From NCBI GenBank assembly GCA_038064695.1, contig JBBTSO010000004.1, positions 114,165-178,164 on the forward strand: a DNA stretch of 64,000 nt, in the 5' to 3' direction. The notes below the pieces were generated by a model. It saw only the letters and a list, made by a program, of their open reading frames with translations, ran no database searches and was not told the DNA's origin. The position numbers were made by a program, and so were the translations under genes. This document shows positions 9,231 to 19,016 of this stretch, one piece after another (position 1 is the first letter of the stretch; the number at the start of each line of letters is the position of its first letter). The DNA is from Patescibacteria group bacterium. Lineage in GTDB: Bacteria; Patescibacteriota; Minisyncoccia; Phycocordibacterales; Phycocordibacteraceae.

Positions 9231-10452
9231 AATACTCTCCACCATTAAAAACGCGCGCGTTGCCTTGAACGAGAATGCAAAAAAAGCAGGTGACTCACTT
9301 CGCGCGTTTAAACTTCCTGCACTTTCTAAGAAAGAAAAAACCGTTTCCCCAAAAAAAACTAACAAACCACAAGAACGTGAAGGTGAGAAAAAGCCATTCA
9401 TCATTGGCGGTATTTCTATTCGCGAGCAGAGTCTCTTTGCGCGCCGCTTGGCCTTTCTCATAAACTCAGGAGTGCCGGTGTTGGAGGCGATGCACATCAT
9501 CATTGACCAGACCTCGTCGCGCACCTTAAAAGAAGTATTGACCTACGTTGCGAAGGACATTTCCCACGGCCAGTTTTTGCATACGAGCTTAAAAAAGTTT
9601 CCAAGCGTCTTTAATGGGTTTATGGTGAACATCATTCGTGTCGGGGAAGTGTCCGGTATTCTTTCCAACAACCTCCTCTATCTCTCCGAAGAACTCCGCA
9701 AGCGCGACGTGTTAAAGAAAAAGGTAATTGGCGCCTTGGTGTACCCTGCGTTCATTACGGTCGCGACCCTAGGGGTTACCGGCATGCTCACCGCTTTTAT
9801 TTTCCCTAAAATAATGCCGATTTTTGCCTCGCTCAACGTGAAATTGCCTTTGACGACCATTATTTTGATTGCGGTTTCTGACTACTTGCGCGTGTGGGGT
9901 TTGTGGACCATTTTAGGCATCATTGTGTTTGTTGTCATTGTTATCGTTTTACGTAACACGGTACCCGCGTTCCGAGAGCTTTTGGAAAAAATAATTATCC
10001 GCATTCCCTTGGTGGGGCCAATGGTGCGTACGTACCACGTCGCGAACTTTTCTCGCACATTGGGGATTATGTTAAAGAGCGGCGCGATGGTCACGGACGC
10101 TATTGAAATTACGGGTGACACGTTGGAATTTAAAATTTACCACGACCAGTGTGACAAAATTGTTGATCGCGTGAAGCGCGGAGAGCAAATCGCCACACTA
10201 CTTAAAGAGAAAAAGATTTTGTTTCCCATTATGTTGACGCATATGGTTGCCATAGGGGAGAGGACGGGTAAGTTGTCGGAGACACTCATTTATCTTGGTG
10301 GGTTGTATGAAGAAGAGTTGGACGATCAGTCTAAAAATCTCTCATCCGCTATTGAACCTATTTTGATGGCGGTGATGGGTATTTTGGTTGGCTTTGTCGC
10401 GGTGTCGGTCATCACTCCTATTTACGGCATTACGCAATCTCTTTCCCGCTAA
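9223..10452 (+). CDS. pilC: Type IV pilus/T2SS platform protein (PilC/GspF)
   Basis: Two T2SSF-like domains: GEVSGIL, ALVYPAF, GERTGKL, IEPILM; overlaps pilB stop. Confidence 0.92.
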   Translation: MNKILSTIKNARVALNENAKKAGDSLRAFKLPALSKKEKTVSPKKTNKPQEREGEKKPFIIGGISIREQSLFARRLAFLINSGVPVLEAMHIIIDQTSSRTLKEVLTYVAKDISHGQFLHTSLKKFPSVFNGFMVNIIRVGEVSGILSNNLLYLSEELRKRDVLKKKVIGALVYPAFITVATLGVTGMLTAFIFPKIMPIFASLNVKLPLTTIILIAVSDYLRVWGLWTILGIIVFVVIVIVLRNTVPAFRELLEKIIIRIPLVGPMVRTYHVANFSRTLGIMLKSGAMVTDAIEITGDTLEFKIYHDQCDKIVDRVKRGEQIATLLKEKKILFPIMLTHMVAIGERTGKLSETLIYLGGLYEEELDDQSKNLSSAIEPILMAVMGILVGFVAVSVITPIYGITQSLSR

Positions 10453-10453
10453 T

Positions 10454-10888
10454 ATGCAACGAGGATTCTCATTATTTGAAGTTTTAATTGTTATCGGCAT
10501 ACTTGGTGTTGTAGCACTTTTCACCGTGGGTATTGATACGCGCTCCATTTCACGAAGCACTGCTTCCGCTGAAAGCACGGTGCTGTTACAAATGCTCATT
10601 CACGCACGCAGTCGGGCTATGAATAACGAGTATCAAATGCCTCACGGTGTGTACGTTGATGCAAACAATTTTGTACTATTTCGTGGTAATTCATATGACC
10701 CGTTGGCAGCAGGAAATGAGCCCACCCCTCGCTCAACACAGGTTTCAATTTCTATTCCACCCGCCGTTCCTTTTGAGGTCGTTTTTACCCAGCTTTCAGG
10801 CACTACGTCGGCTCAGACGGTAAAGCTTGCATCGGGGGTTGATTCGGTAGATATTGATATTAAAGAGACAGGCGCCATTGCTTGGTAA
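10454..10888 (+). CDS. Minor pilin/pseudopilin (FimT/GspH-like)
   Basis: Class III signal MQRG|FSLFEVLIVIG. Confidence 0.85.
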   Translation: MQRGFSLFEVLIVIGILGVVALFTVGIDTRSISRSTASAESTVLLQMLIHARSRAMNNEYQMPHGVYVDANNFVLFRGNSYDPLAAGNEPTPRSTQVSISIPPAVPFEVVFTQLSGTTSAQTVKLASGVDSVDIDIKETGAIAW

Positions 10889-10891
10889 CGT

Positions 10892-12430
10892 ATGAAAAAA
10901 CACCCTATCCGCGGCTTCAGTATCGTAGAAATTCTCCTCGCGCTCGCTATCGTGTCGGTAGCCATTACGGGTGCCACGGTACTGGCTTTTGGAAGCCAAG
11001 ACGCGGTGCGCGACGCGGGACTTTCGCAAGAAGCGCTCTATAAGGTGGAGCAGGCACTTGAAGAAAAATTTGCTGCTTTGAAATTTGATTGGAACCAGCT
11101 CGCCGCGAGTGCTATTGTTGCCGACAGCATTTACGACAAGCAGGTTATTGTTACCGACATTTCAGAGTGCGTGAAGCAGGTGGAAAGCCGCGCGGACTGG
11201 AGTGTGCCCCAGCGTTCACAAGCGTCGTCACTCATCACCCTTTTCTCTTCTACCTCAACCATCGCCGCGTTAGGGGGTAACTGCAATACCACTCCTACTT
11301 CGAATGATTGGGATTTTCCCAGTTCATACGGCTTCGCTGACTTTGAATCATCGAGTGGTATTCACGGTATGGACATTGATGTAACCTATCGAGGATCTCA
11401 ACGTATTGGATTTCTTGCGGGATCAATTAGTGATGACAACAAAGAAGATTTTGTTATTCTCGATCTTTCGGTCGCCAATACCCCCGCAGTTATTTCTGGT
11501 TCAGAACTAAACCTAGGAGAGTTTATTGAGGCGGGGGGTGGCGCAAACGGGCGAGTAAATGCATTAGTTGCTGCAGACAACTATGTGTATGCACTTTCAC
11601 ACACAAAGAAGAATTCACCTTCAGAAATGATTTTGACGGTTATTGATACTTCGATACTCACTGTTCCGACCGTGGTCGCTACATCAACTTTACCGGGCAA
11701 TGCCAGTGCATATGTCGATGAAGGCGCAATAGCTTATTATGACGGATATGTATACGTTGGAACATGGGATACTGCTGGTCCAGAGTTCCATGTTTTTGAC
11801 GTTTCGCTCCCTACGAATCCGATTGAAGTTGAGTCAGTTGAACTGACTCACTCAATCAAGGAACTCGTGGTGCGCAACAATTATGTATACGCTGCCACTA
11901 CTGCGGAAAACGCTGAATTAATGGTGTTTGATGTATCAAATCCTCTCAGTGTTCCAGACCCAATTTCAGCTGGTACTGTTTACGACGTAAAAAGTACTGA
12001 TGGAACGACCGCGAGTGGTCGTGACGGTACTTCCGTGTACGCTTCTGGCAACAGGGTATATCTAGGGCGCGTTGGCTCAGGGATTAATGAAAGTGATGAA
12101 CATGAATTCTTTATTCTTGACGTTTCAAACCCCGTAAGTATTTCCCTCCTCGGTTCGATGGAACTCGACTTGAAGACTACTGAAGAAGTGGTTGGTTTGA
12201 ACATTGTCGGACCTCTTGCGTTTATTGTTTCAACTGACACAAATGTGGGTTTCCAGGTATGGAATATTACTGATCCAGACAATATAGTGTCACCGTCATC
12301 GTGTAACAATTTATTTAATTATCCCGAAAAGCCAACAGCATTAGACTTTGTAGATAACTTCGGGTTTGTTTCAAATGATGCAAACAAGGCGCTAAGAGTA
12401 ATTTATGATGATCCATCCTGCACGCTATAA
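10892..12430 (+). CDS. Large minor pilin with C-terminal LVIVD-type beta-propeller repeats (probable tip adhesin)
   Basis: RG|FSIVEILLA; repeated YVY...LMVFDVSNP units. Confidence 0.8.
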   Translation: MKKHPIRGFSIVEILLALAIVSVAITGATVLAFGSQDAVRDAGLSQEALYKVEQALEEKFAALKFDWNQLAASAIVADSIYDKQVIVTDISECVKQVESRADWSVPQRSQASSLITLFSSTSTIAALGGNCNTTPTSNDWDFPSSYGFADFESSSGIHGMDIDVTYRGSQRIGFLAGSISDDNKEDFVILDLSVANTPAVISGSELNLGEFIEAGGGANGRVNALVAADNYVYALSHTKKNSPSEMILTVIDTSILTVPTVVATSTLPGNASAYVDEGAIAYYDGYVYVGTWDTAGPEFHVFDVSLPTNPIEVESVELTHSIKELVVRNNYVYAATTAENAELMVFDVSNPLSVPDPISAGTVYDVKSTDGTTASGRDGTSVYASGNRVYLGRVGSGINESDEHEFFILDVSNPVSISLLGSMELDLKTTEEVVGLNIVGPLAFIVSTDTNVGFQVWNITDPDNIVSPSSCNNLFNYPEKPTALDFVDNFGFVSNDANKALRVIYDDPSCTL

Positions 12431-12884
12431 CCCTACTAGGCGAGGCGTTACGCTGTTCGAGACGCTCATCTACATTTTTATTTTCTCACTCTTGATGACG
12501 GGGGCGCTCGCCACGTCGTTTTGGACGGCGGAAACAAGTGCGCGCACCGCGCGTTTAGCGCTGATTGAGTCTGAAGCAGATTTTGTGTTGCGTAAAATTG
12601 ACTGGGCAGCAACGGGCTCCACTATCACAGAACCAGCGCCAGACGACACTGGGGATGTTTTAACTTTCGAGCGAGATGGTGAAGAATATTCTTTTATGCT
12701 CACCGGCAATACCTTGATGTTTCTTTTGAATGGTTTTGAAGCACCACTCACCACTAACAATGTGTCGGTGAGTTCTTTTTCCGCAACGCACGTGGCGGAA
12801 GCCGGGGTTGTACCCGCCGCCGCTTCAACCACAATTATTATGAACGGAAAAACGTACGGACCAAAAATTCACTATGTACGCTAA
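12405..12884 (+). CDS. Minor pilin (PilW/GspJ-like)
   Basis: RRG|VTLFETLIYI class III signal. Confidence 0.8.
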   Translation: MMIHPARYNPTRRGVTLFETLIYIFIFSLLMTGALATSFWTAETSARTARLALIESEADFVLRKIDWAATGSTITEPAPDDTGDVLTFERDGEEYSFMLTGNTLMFLLNGFEAPLTTNNVSVSSFSATHVAEAGVVPAAASTTIIMNGKTYGPKIHYVR

Positions 12885-13344
12885 CCCCCTTAACAAAAAA
12901 ATTATCATATATGGTAATTTTTTTCATATAGGGAAAAGTGAAAGGGGATACATCGCACTTGTGTCTGTACTCATTATTTCGTTGGTGCTTTTAACACTTG
13001 CGGTGTCGGTTAGTTTGACTGGGTTTTATGCACGTTCAAATATTTTGGGGAGCGAAATTAAAGAGCAGAGCATGGCGCTTGCAGAAAGTTGCGTCAGTAA
13101 AGCAGTGGCCGATGTCGCGATAGGGAACCCTACGACGGGCGTGGTTTCGTTTAGCGAAAATCCCTACACGGGAGATGCGTACGAGTGCACCATTCTTTCC
13201 ATTACATCTGACTCACCAAACACAGGAGAAACCACCATAGAAACTCAAGGAATTTTCTACAATTCGTACACCAACCTCGTCGTAACTATTGACAGTAATA
13301 ACCAAAATGTGTTGAAATGGCGAGAGGTTCCAACGCTCCCGTAA
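12874..13344 (+). CDS. PilX-like minor pilin
   Basis: RG|YIALVSVLII with no Glu5; ALAESC; C-terminal WREV. Confidence 0.75.
   Translation: MYANPLNKKIIIYGNFFHIGKSERGYIALVSVLIISLVLLTLAVSVSLTGFYARSNILGSEIKEQSMALAESCVSKAVADVAIGNPTTGVVSFSENPYTGDAYECTILSITSDSPNTGETTIETQGIFYNSYTNLVVTIDSNNQNVLKWREVPTLP
12897..12923. repeat. 27-bp near-palindrome inside an ORF, copy 1
   Basis: AAAAATTATCATATATGGTAATTTTTT, identical to 16096-16122. Confidence 0.8.
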
Positions 13345-13444
13345 CTATTGATTTTGAGTGCGTTTTGTGGTAGTTTTTAAGCAGGGTACTTCCAAAAATA
13401 CCCTTTAATTAGAACTTATTTTTGGAGATTAGTCTCTTAAAAAA

Positions 13445-13900
13445 ATGAATAAAACTCTTAAATCAGCACGTGGTTTCACATTGATTGAAATCCTCGTCGT
13501 GATTGGTATTATTGCAATCCTCGCCGCAGTGGTGTTGATTGCTATTAACCCCGCTCGCCAGTTCTCACAGGCAAATAACAGTCAGCGTACATCAAACGTT
13601 AACGCTATTCTTAACGCTGTTGGTCAAAAACTTGCGGATGGCAAAGGTGCCTTCAATACAGGCGGTTGTCCAGCTCTTCCAACAACTCTATCAGAAATCA
13701 TTGTTGGTGGTACTGTATCAGGTAACCAAGTTGACCTAGCTTGTTTGACCCCAACCTACCTACCCTCATTCCCATTTGATCCGGCAACAGGAAACACTGC
13801 TTCAACAACAGGATACTTCATCATTGTCGACGGAAACAGTCGAGTAACGGTGAGTGCTCCTGATGCTGAGCTAAGTCAGACCATCTCAGTCACTCGTTAG
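13445..13900 (+). CDS. Major type IV pilin
   Basis: ARG|FTLIEILVVIGIIAILAAVV; FPFDP; own terminator. Confidence 0.9.
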   Translation: MNKTLKSARGFTLIEILVVIGIIAILAAVVLIAINPARQFSQANNSQRTSNVNAILNAVGQKLADGKGAFNTGGCPALPTTLSEIIVGGTVSGNQVDLACLTPTYLPSFPFDPATGNTASTTGYFIIVDGNSRVTVSAPDAELSQTISVTR

Positions 13901-13911
13901 TTTGTCCTCTC

Positions 13912-13943
13912 AAAAACACCCAGCCAACGCTGGGTGTTTTTTT
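13912..13943 (+). terminator. Intrinsic terminator
   Basis: aaaaacacccagc-caac-gctgggtgttttttt. Confidence 0.85.
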
Positions 13944-13968
13944 GTCACATTTTCCCTCAAAATCCGTC

Positions 13969-14006
13969 ATACAACTATATCTGACGGTCGTCAGATATAG
14001 TTGTAT
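13969..14006. repeat. REP-like palindrome, copy 1
   Basis: ATACAACTATATCTGACG-gt-CGTCAGATATAGTTGTAT. Confidence 0.8.
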
Positions 14007-14141
14007 TGATGGAAGGGTGTTTTACCCCTAAAGATAGGGATAACAGGGGAGTGGGGATAACTTGCTTTTTGTAATAATGTATGGTATAATACACAGTACG
14101 TAAAAAGGCGACACATTTTCCTTGATACAATTCCAGTACTT

Positions 14142-15191
14142 ATGTTTCCAACATTCAAAAAATGGTTCATTCCAAGCTCGGAAAACGACTACCTGCCGTA
14201 CTCGGTACGCGTGGTTCCGTTTGTGCTTTTGAGCGCCTTTGTCGGATTTGTGTTCCTCACTTCAGCGTCGGTCCAGAAACTTTTAACTGACCAAGACAGC
14301 TTTCTCGCCGCGGTTGTTGCAAGCGTGCTCGTTGACCTCGCTAATGGCGACCGCGCGGGTGAAGGACTTCACGGGCTTTCAGTGAACCCAACCTTGGTTG
14401 AGGCGGCACAGGCAAAGGCAGATGATATGGCGCGCGCGGGATACTTTTCACACAACTCACCTGATGGGAAAACGCCGTGGTACTGGTTTGGAGAAGCGGG
14501 GTACCAATTTTCATACGCTGGTGAAAATCTCGCTGTCTTTTTTGGTGACTCAGCGGACGTTGAGCGTGCGTGGATGAATTCGCCTTCTCACCGCGCGAAC
14601 ATTTTGAGTTCAAATTTTACTGAAATTGGCATTGCTACTGCTGAAGGATATTATCAAGGTCAGCCAACGGTGTTTGTGGTTCAAATGTTTGGCGCGCCCG
14701 CAACGAAAAAACCACTCGCTACCGTTCAGACGAGTCCAGTATTGGGTGAAAGCGCGGAAACCATTGAAACTGGTTCTGTCGGAGGCGAAACTATTGAAGT
14801 AGTAACTGAAAACGATCCCGTTTCTACTCCTGTCGCCGTCCTGCCAAGCGAGCCTACTGTCATTCACGAAGATGATATGTTCATCGCGGTTAAAAATACC
14901 GACGTCGTGGAAGCGCCCAGCGACTATGCCGTGGAGCGTCAGACCAACATTGCAGAGCGCGTTGCCGCTTCACCACACACTACGCTGACGTATGTCTATG
15001 GTTTGATTGGAACTATTCTCGCACTTGCGGTAGTGTTGTTTGTCTTTTTGGAATTTCACATACAAAAACCAACGCACGTCTTTTTAAGTCTTGCGCTCAT
15101 CCTCTTCATGGGATTGTTACTTTTCTTCACCGACCACCACGTGGCACTTGCTGAGTTGCAAGCATTGAGCTCACTCCTTCCTCACTCATAA
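14142..15191 (+). CDS. CAP/SCP domain membrane protein
   Basis: AAQAKADDMA, YFSHNSPDG, YAGENLA, WMNSPSHRANIL; C-terminal TM helices. Confidence 0.9.
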   Translation: MFPTFKKWFIPSSENDYLPYSVRVVPFVLLSAFVGFVFLTSASVQKLLTDQDSFLAAVVASVLVDLANGDRAGEGLHGLSVNPTLVEAAQAKADDMARAGYFSHNSPDGKTPWYWFGEAGYQFSYAGENLAVFFGDSADVERAWMNSPSHRANILSSNFTEIGIATAEGYYQGQPTVFVVQMFGAPATKKPLATVQTSPVLGESAETIETGSVGGETIEVVTENDPVSTPVAVLPSEPTVIHEDDMFIAVKNTDVVEAPSDYAVERQTNIAERVAASPHTTLTYVYGLIGTILALAVVLFVFLEFHIQKPTHVFLSLALILFMGLLLFFTDHHVALAELQALSSLLPHS

Positions 15192-15193
15192 AT

Positions 15194-16357
15194 TCACGTC
15201 AGTGAAAGAGACCCGCGCGCCACGAGTGTTTTTTCCGTGTCTGTTCTTTTGTGGTGCGCGCGAAGTAATCCCGCGATGCCTATCATAATAGCGTTATCGC
15301 CGGTCAGTGATTTTTCAGGGTATCCAAAATAGATCCCAGGGAATTCTTCAACAACGAGCTTGTGCAGTGCTTCACGAATGTTTTGGTTAGCCGACACGCC
15401 ACCGCCAACGGCGAGTGTGCGTGCGCCGGTTTCATCAAGAGCTCGTTTTGTTTTTGAAACGAGCACGTCGCGGACTGCATTTTGAAATTCGTGCGCGATG
15501 TTTTCTTTATCAGATTCCGAAAGAGAGGGAATAGCTTCTACCATATATCGCACCGCGGTTTTAAGACCAGAAAATGAAAAGTCACACGACTGCTCGTGAA
15601 TCATGGGGCGGGGGAGCGTGAAAGGTTTTAGGGTATCGGTTTTAGGTTTTAGCTTTGCGGCGTACGTTTCTATGTGTGGACCGCCGGGGTACGGAAGCCC
15701 CAAAAGGCGCGCTACTTTGTCGTATGCTTCCCCCACGGCGTCGTCTTTCGTGCGCCCCACCAACTCGTAAGAAAACCACTCTTCCATAAGCACGAGTTCA
15801 GTGTGCCCGCCTGAAATAAGGAGACTTAACACCGGAAAGGCAACATCATGCATCGTAAATCGTACATTGTCCTCCGTATCAAGAAGTGCCGAAATAATGT
15901 GGCCTTCTAAGTGATTAACTCCTACCGCAGGAATATTCCATACCGCGCTCAGTGCATTGGCAAACGAGACCCCGCTCCACAGTGCTGGCTCTAACCCAGG
16001 GCCGTACGTTACCGCAATTAAATCAATGTCAGGTTTTTCGGTGTGTGCTAAAAACGCGCGCACGTTGTTTCTAAAATTTTCTTCTTTTATGTCAGAAAAA
16101 TTATCATATATGGTAATTTTTTCTTGAAGCGTTTTTAGTAAACCCGCTTCGGAAAGTGTTTTTGTGGTAAGAGGGACAAGGTTTTCTTGGTGTTCACGTT
16201 TTGCGAGGTTTGGATATACGCCTCCATACTCAGCGTGTTTTGACGCTTGAGAGTAGAGCGCGCTTCCAAGTACCGAGAATGTTTTTCCTACCGTGTCGCT
16301 CTCTATCACCGCGAGGGCGGTTTCGTCGCACGAGGTTTCTATAGCTAATACCTTCAT
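15194..16357 (-). CDS. tsaD: tRNA t6A37 threonylcarbamoyltransferase
   Basis: LAIETSCDET, GVNHLEGH, SGGHTE, DDAVGEAYDK, FSFSGLKT, DNAIMI. Confidence 0.96.
   Translation of the reverse strand: MKVLAIETSCDETALAVIESDTVGKTFSVLGSALYSQASKHAEYGGVYPNLAKREHQENLVPLTTKTLSEAGLLKTLQEKITIYDNFSDIKEENFRNNVRAFLAHTEKPDIDLIAVTYGPGLEPALWSGVSFANALSAVWNIPAVGVNHLEGHIISALLDTEDNVRFTMHDVAFPVLSLLISGGHTELVLMEEWFSYELVGRTKDDAVGEAYDKVARLLGLPYPGGPHIETYAAKLKPKTDTLKPFTLPRPMIHEQSCDFSFSGLKTAVRYMVEAIPSLSESDKENIAHEFQNAVRDVLVSKTKRALDETGARTLAVGGGVSANQNIREALHKLVVEEFPGIYFGYPEKSLTGDNAIMIGIAGLLRAHHKRTDTEKTLVARGSLSLT
16096..16122. repeat. 27-bp near-palindrome inside an ORF, copy 2 (in tsaD)
   Basis: Identical to 12897-12923; encodes KITIYDNF in TsaD. 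Confidence 0.8.
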
Positions 16358-16389
16358 ACTTTGGTGAAGTAACGGTATCATGTCCTGAT

Positions 16390-17040
16390 ATGTCTGGCGA
16401 ATTTAAAGTAGTGGCGTTTGATGTTGACGGAACCTTGATGGAAAGCAATCTCTGGCCCCGTTTGCACAAAGTTATGGGACTCAACCAAGCGGTTGATACG
16501 GAGTGGATGCGACGCTACCTCAAAGGTGATTTAACGCTACGCGAGTGGTATACCAACATCGGCATTGCGTGGCGGACACATCCAGAGTCACGTTCAGTAT
16601 GTGAGGAAATTTGTAAAGATTTTACTTTATTACCGAATGCAGATCATTTAGTAAAAACAATTATGGGGCGTGGCATACCCGTTGCGCTCATTTCAAGTGG
16701 TTTAGATTTGTACGTGGAAGCGGTAGCGGCGCGCTTCGGAATTAGTCACGTCTATTGCTACACTAAAACCATATTTAATGAACAAGATTTTTTTCACGAT
16801 ATTACGTTCACTTCTCTACAGTCAGAACACAGCGCAAAGGTAGATGGTATTCGTGATTTAGAAAAAATATATGGTGTTAGTCCAGAGGAGGTTTTGTTTG
16901 TGGGGGACTCTATTAACGACTTGGAAGCGTTCCAATATACAAAACGGGGCATTTTATATGGAGAAGGAAACGAGACACTTCGAAGCGCGGCGTGGAAACA
17001 GGTGAACGATTTAAAGGACGTCCTTGCCTTTGTTGAGTAA
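16390..17040 (+). CDS. HAD-family phosphatase (SerB-like)
   Basis: FDVDGTL, ISSG, K, VGDSINDL motifs. Confidence 0.85.
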   Translation: MSGEFKVVAFDVDGTLMESNLWPRLHKVMGLNQAVDTEWMRRYLKGDLTLREWYTNIGIAWRTHPESRSVCEEICKDFTLLPNADHLVKTIMGRGIPVALISSGLDLYVEAVAARFGISHVYCYTKTIFNEQDFFHDITFTSLQSEHSAKVDGIRDLEKIYGVSPEEVLFVGDSINDLEAFQYTKRGILYGEGNETLRSAAWKQVNDLKDVLAFVE

Positions 17041-17862
17041 CTTCCAGGGGGTAGGAGTTCCATAAGGGATTCTGAATGCGGCGGCGTTGGGGTGCCCATT
17101 ACCTCCATATTTTTTTGCGATATCTGAGAGGTCAACGGTACCGTCTCCGCGGAGAGAAACTGAAATGAAGTCACCTTTCGCTCTGGTGACGAGCGCGAGT
17201 GGGCCTTTTTTCTGCGCAAGTTTGTTGCCAACATCTGACTTAAACATATCGTGCGTGCTCACCAGGTAACACTGATATCCCTCAAACTCAACCAGTTCGG
17301 CGCTCTGCATTATTTTTTCAACGAGGAGGTTCCAGTGGCTTTTGTACGATGCCCCTTTATTTTTTATTTCGTTCCGAGTGTTTTCATTTTCTAGAAGCTG
17401 TTCCAAATTATTCCATGATTCAAAGGTGTATGGCTCTAAATACACGTAAGCCAAAATGGAGCGCGCATCCGGTAGGGTAAATGTATACAAGTCGCCATCC
17501 TGGACGTAGTTTAAAAGCTGAGGGCGTTTTTTTTCGGGGTGAAAATAGTCCCAGGCAATACCCGCACCAGAGCGTTTCTCGTCAAATACGAATTCTTGTA
17601 CTGACTCTACGTCACTCTTTGCCCCAAGGTGGTGGTCTAAAATAACCACCCGTTTTGCAATCTTTTGTAAACCAGCTAAGGTCTCTTTTGGATAGCTAAA
17701 GTCAGCAATGTACACTTCCTTTCCTTCAAGTCCTTCTGGGGGTGGTTTTTGGTGTTCTACGGGCAGGTAATCGGCTGTGTCGCCAAACTTCCTCCAGGCT
17801 GCATAGGCAGCGCCAAAACCGTCTGAGCATTGCGCATGGTACAGAATTACGATGTTTTTCAT
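17011..17862 (-). CDS. DHH/DHHA1 family phosphoesterase
   Basis: YHAQCSDG, ADFS, LDHH, SLRG, GGNGHPNAAAF. Confidence 0.88.
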   Translation of the reverse strand: MKNIVILYHAQCSDGFGAAYAAWRKFGDTADYLPVEHQKPPPEGLEGKEVYIADFSYPKETLAGLQKIAKRVVILDHHLGAKSDVESVQEFVFDEKRSGAGIAWDYFHPEKKRPQLLNYVQDGDLYTFTLPDARSILAYVYLEPYTFESWNNLEQLLENENTRNEIKNKGASYKSHWNLLVEKIMQSAELVEFEGYQCYLVSTHDMFKSDVGNKLAQKKGPLALVTRAKGDFISVSLRGDGTVDLSDIAKKYGGNGHPNAAAFRIPYGTPTPWKLLNKGKDVL

Positions 17863-17904
17863 ATATAGAAACCTATTATACCTCGCATGTTTTTTGCTGG
17901 AAAA

Positions 17905-18209
17905 ACATGGTCGGGGCTGGTATCAGTGGTCACTCATAAATTTCCTGACGGAAATTTTGCGCGACCCGATAAAAGCGAACAAGAAGCTTTTGTCCGTGAG
18001 AGCGAAGCGATACACGCTCGTGATGTTCGCCTTGCCTACGGCAAACTCACACATGCCTGTGCCTCGCACAAGTGGTCACAGATATTTTGCTCGCCGTCGC
18101 TTGCAAAATTCTGCGACCCCGTCTCGCGTGTTTCTTCTGCTGGAGAAACATCGCTCCGACTCGCACAAAACCAGAAAATGGTCCGCAGGGACCATTATTC
18201 TGTGTTTTG
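17905..18209 (-). repeat. Structured tRNA-Val trailer with two GGGTCG...GTGACC modules
   Basis: Fold-back hairpin on tRNA 3' end, then GTCGGAGCGATG, modules at 18074-18120 and 17928-17967. Confidence 0.65.
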
Positions 18210-18282
18210 TGCGCGACATAGGACTCGAACCTATAACATCCACAACGTCAATGTGGCGCTCTACCAATTGAGCTAGTCGCGC
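18210..18282 (-). tRNA. tRNA-Val(GAC)
   Basis: GCGCGAC acceptor, CCACA-TT GAC GT-TGTGG, GTTCGAGTCC. Confidence 0.95.
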
Positions 18283-18348
18283 TTGAACCCTTGCATTATA
18301 GCCTTTAGAGGTATAGAATCAAAAATTATAATAATTAACGATAGAATT

Positions 18349-18462
18349 ATGGGTAGTTTTGATGTATTTAAAGGATTTGTCGGTGTTTCAGAAGAGGCTT
18401 CAAGTCAAGGTAGTCCCTCTCGTCCTCCAAAAAAAGGACCATATCAGGGACCAAAAAAATAG
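18349..18462 (+). CDS. Putative 37-aa peptide MGSFDVFKGFVGVSEEASSQGSPSRPPKKGPYQGPKK
   Basis: Short ORF in AT-rich context, TATAAT at 18327, stop 2 nt before tsaC. Confidence 0.4.
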   Translation: MGSFDVFKGFVGVSEEASSQGSPSRPPKKGPYQGPKK

Positions 18463-18464
18463 CC

Positions 18465-19016
18465 TTGAAAATTGTTCTCTATCCAACAGATACGCTCTAC
18501 GGTCTTGGGGTTGATGCAACCAACCCCGAGGCCGTTTTGCGTTTACAGGATCTAAAAGGCAGGGGGGAAGAAAAGCCAATTTCTATAGTCGTTTCAGACC
18601 TCGCCATGATGAAAAACTACGCGATAGTGACACCTCTCGCGGAGCGTTTAATTACACAGTTTCTGCCAGGAAAACTAACGCTGGTTTTATGTTCGAAACC
18701 CGGGTTTCAAACACCGGGGGTGGTTGGGGCAGACGGTTCAGTGGGGATTCGCATTCCTAACCACCCTACGCCACTACGGCTTGTACGCGAGTTAGGGAAG
18801 CCCATTACTGCAACGAGCGCGAATGTATCAGGAATGGTGCCCGAGTCAACTCCACAAAAAATCCTCGCGCAGTTTAAAGAAAAAGCGTCGTGGATCACTG
18901 AGGTTTTTGACGAGGGCGCACTTCCTGAAAATGATGCGTCTACCGTCGTTGATGCGCGCGGTGATAAGCCTGTTATCCTACGTGAAGGCGCCATTGCCGT
19001 TTCAGAAATAATGTGA
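18465..19016 (+). CDS. tsaC: L-threonylcarbamoyladenylate synthase (Sua5/YrdC)
   Basis: YPTDTLYGL, LKGR, GIRIP, ITATSANVSG, STVVD, LREGAI; TTG start. Confidence 0.92.
   Translation: MKIVLYPTDTLYGLGVDATNPEAVLRLQDLKGRGEEKPISIVVSDLAMMKNYAIVTPLAERLITQFLPGKLTLVLCSKPGFQTPGVVGADGSVGIRIPNHPTPLRLVRELGKPITATSANVSGMVPESTPQKILAQFKEKASWITEVFDEGALPENDASTVVDARGDKPVILREGAIAVSEIM

Noticed and set aside
14030-14062. DnaA-box-like GGGGATAAC words (also TGTGGATAG near 29024 and TATCCACA near 47709)
   Set aside because: Isolated, imperfect, and no dnaA or unwinding element nearby, so insufficient for oriC
17852-18276. ORF-track ORFs over the tRNA-Val region (and similar ones at 24941-25123, 60264-60476, 63224-63559)
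   Set aside because: They overlap tRNAs or structured repeats. The shared peptide LSILR..E.KYLV.RDR just reflects the DNA repeat.
18694-18708. GAAACCCGGGTTTC palindrome in tsaC as parS
   Set aside because: Single copy and does not match the TGTTTCACGTGAAACA consensus
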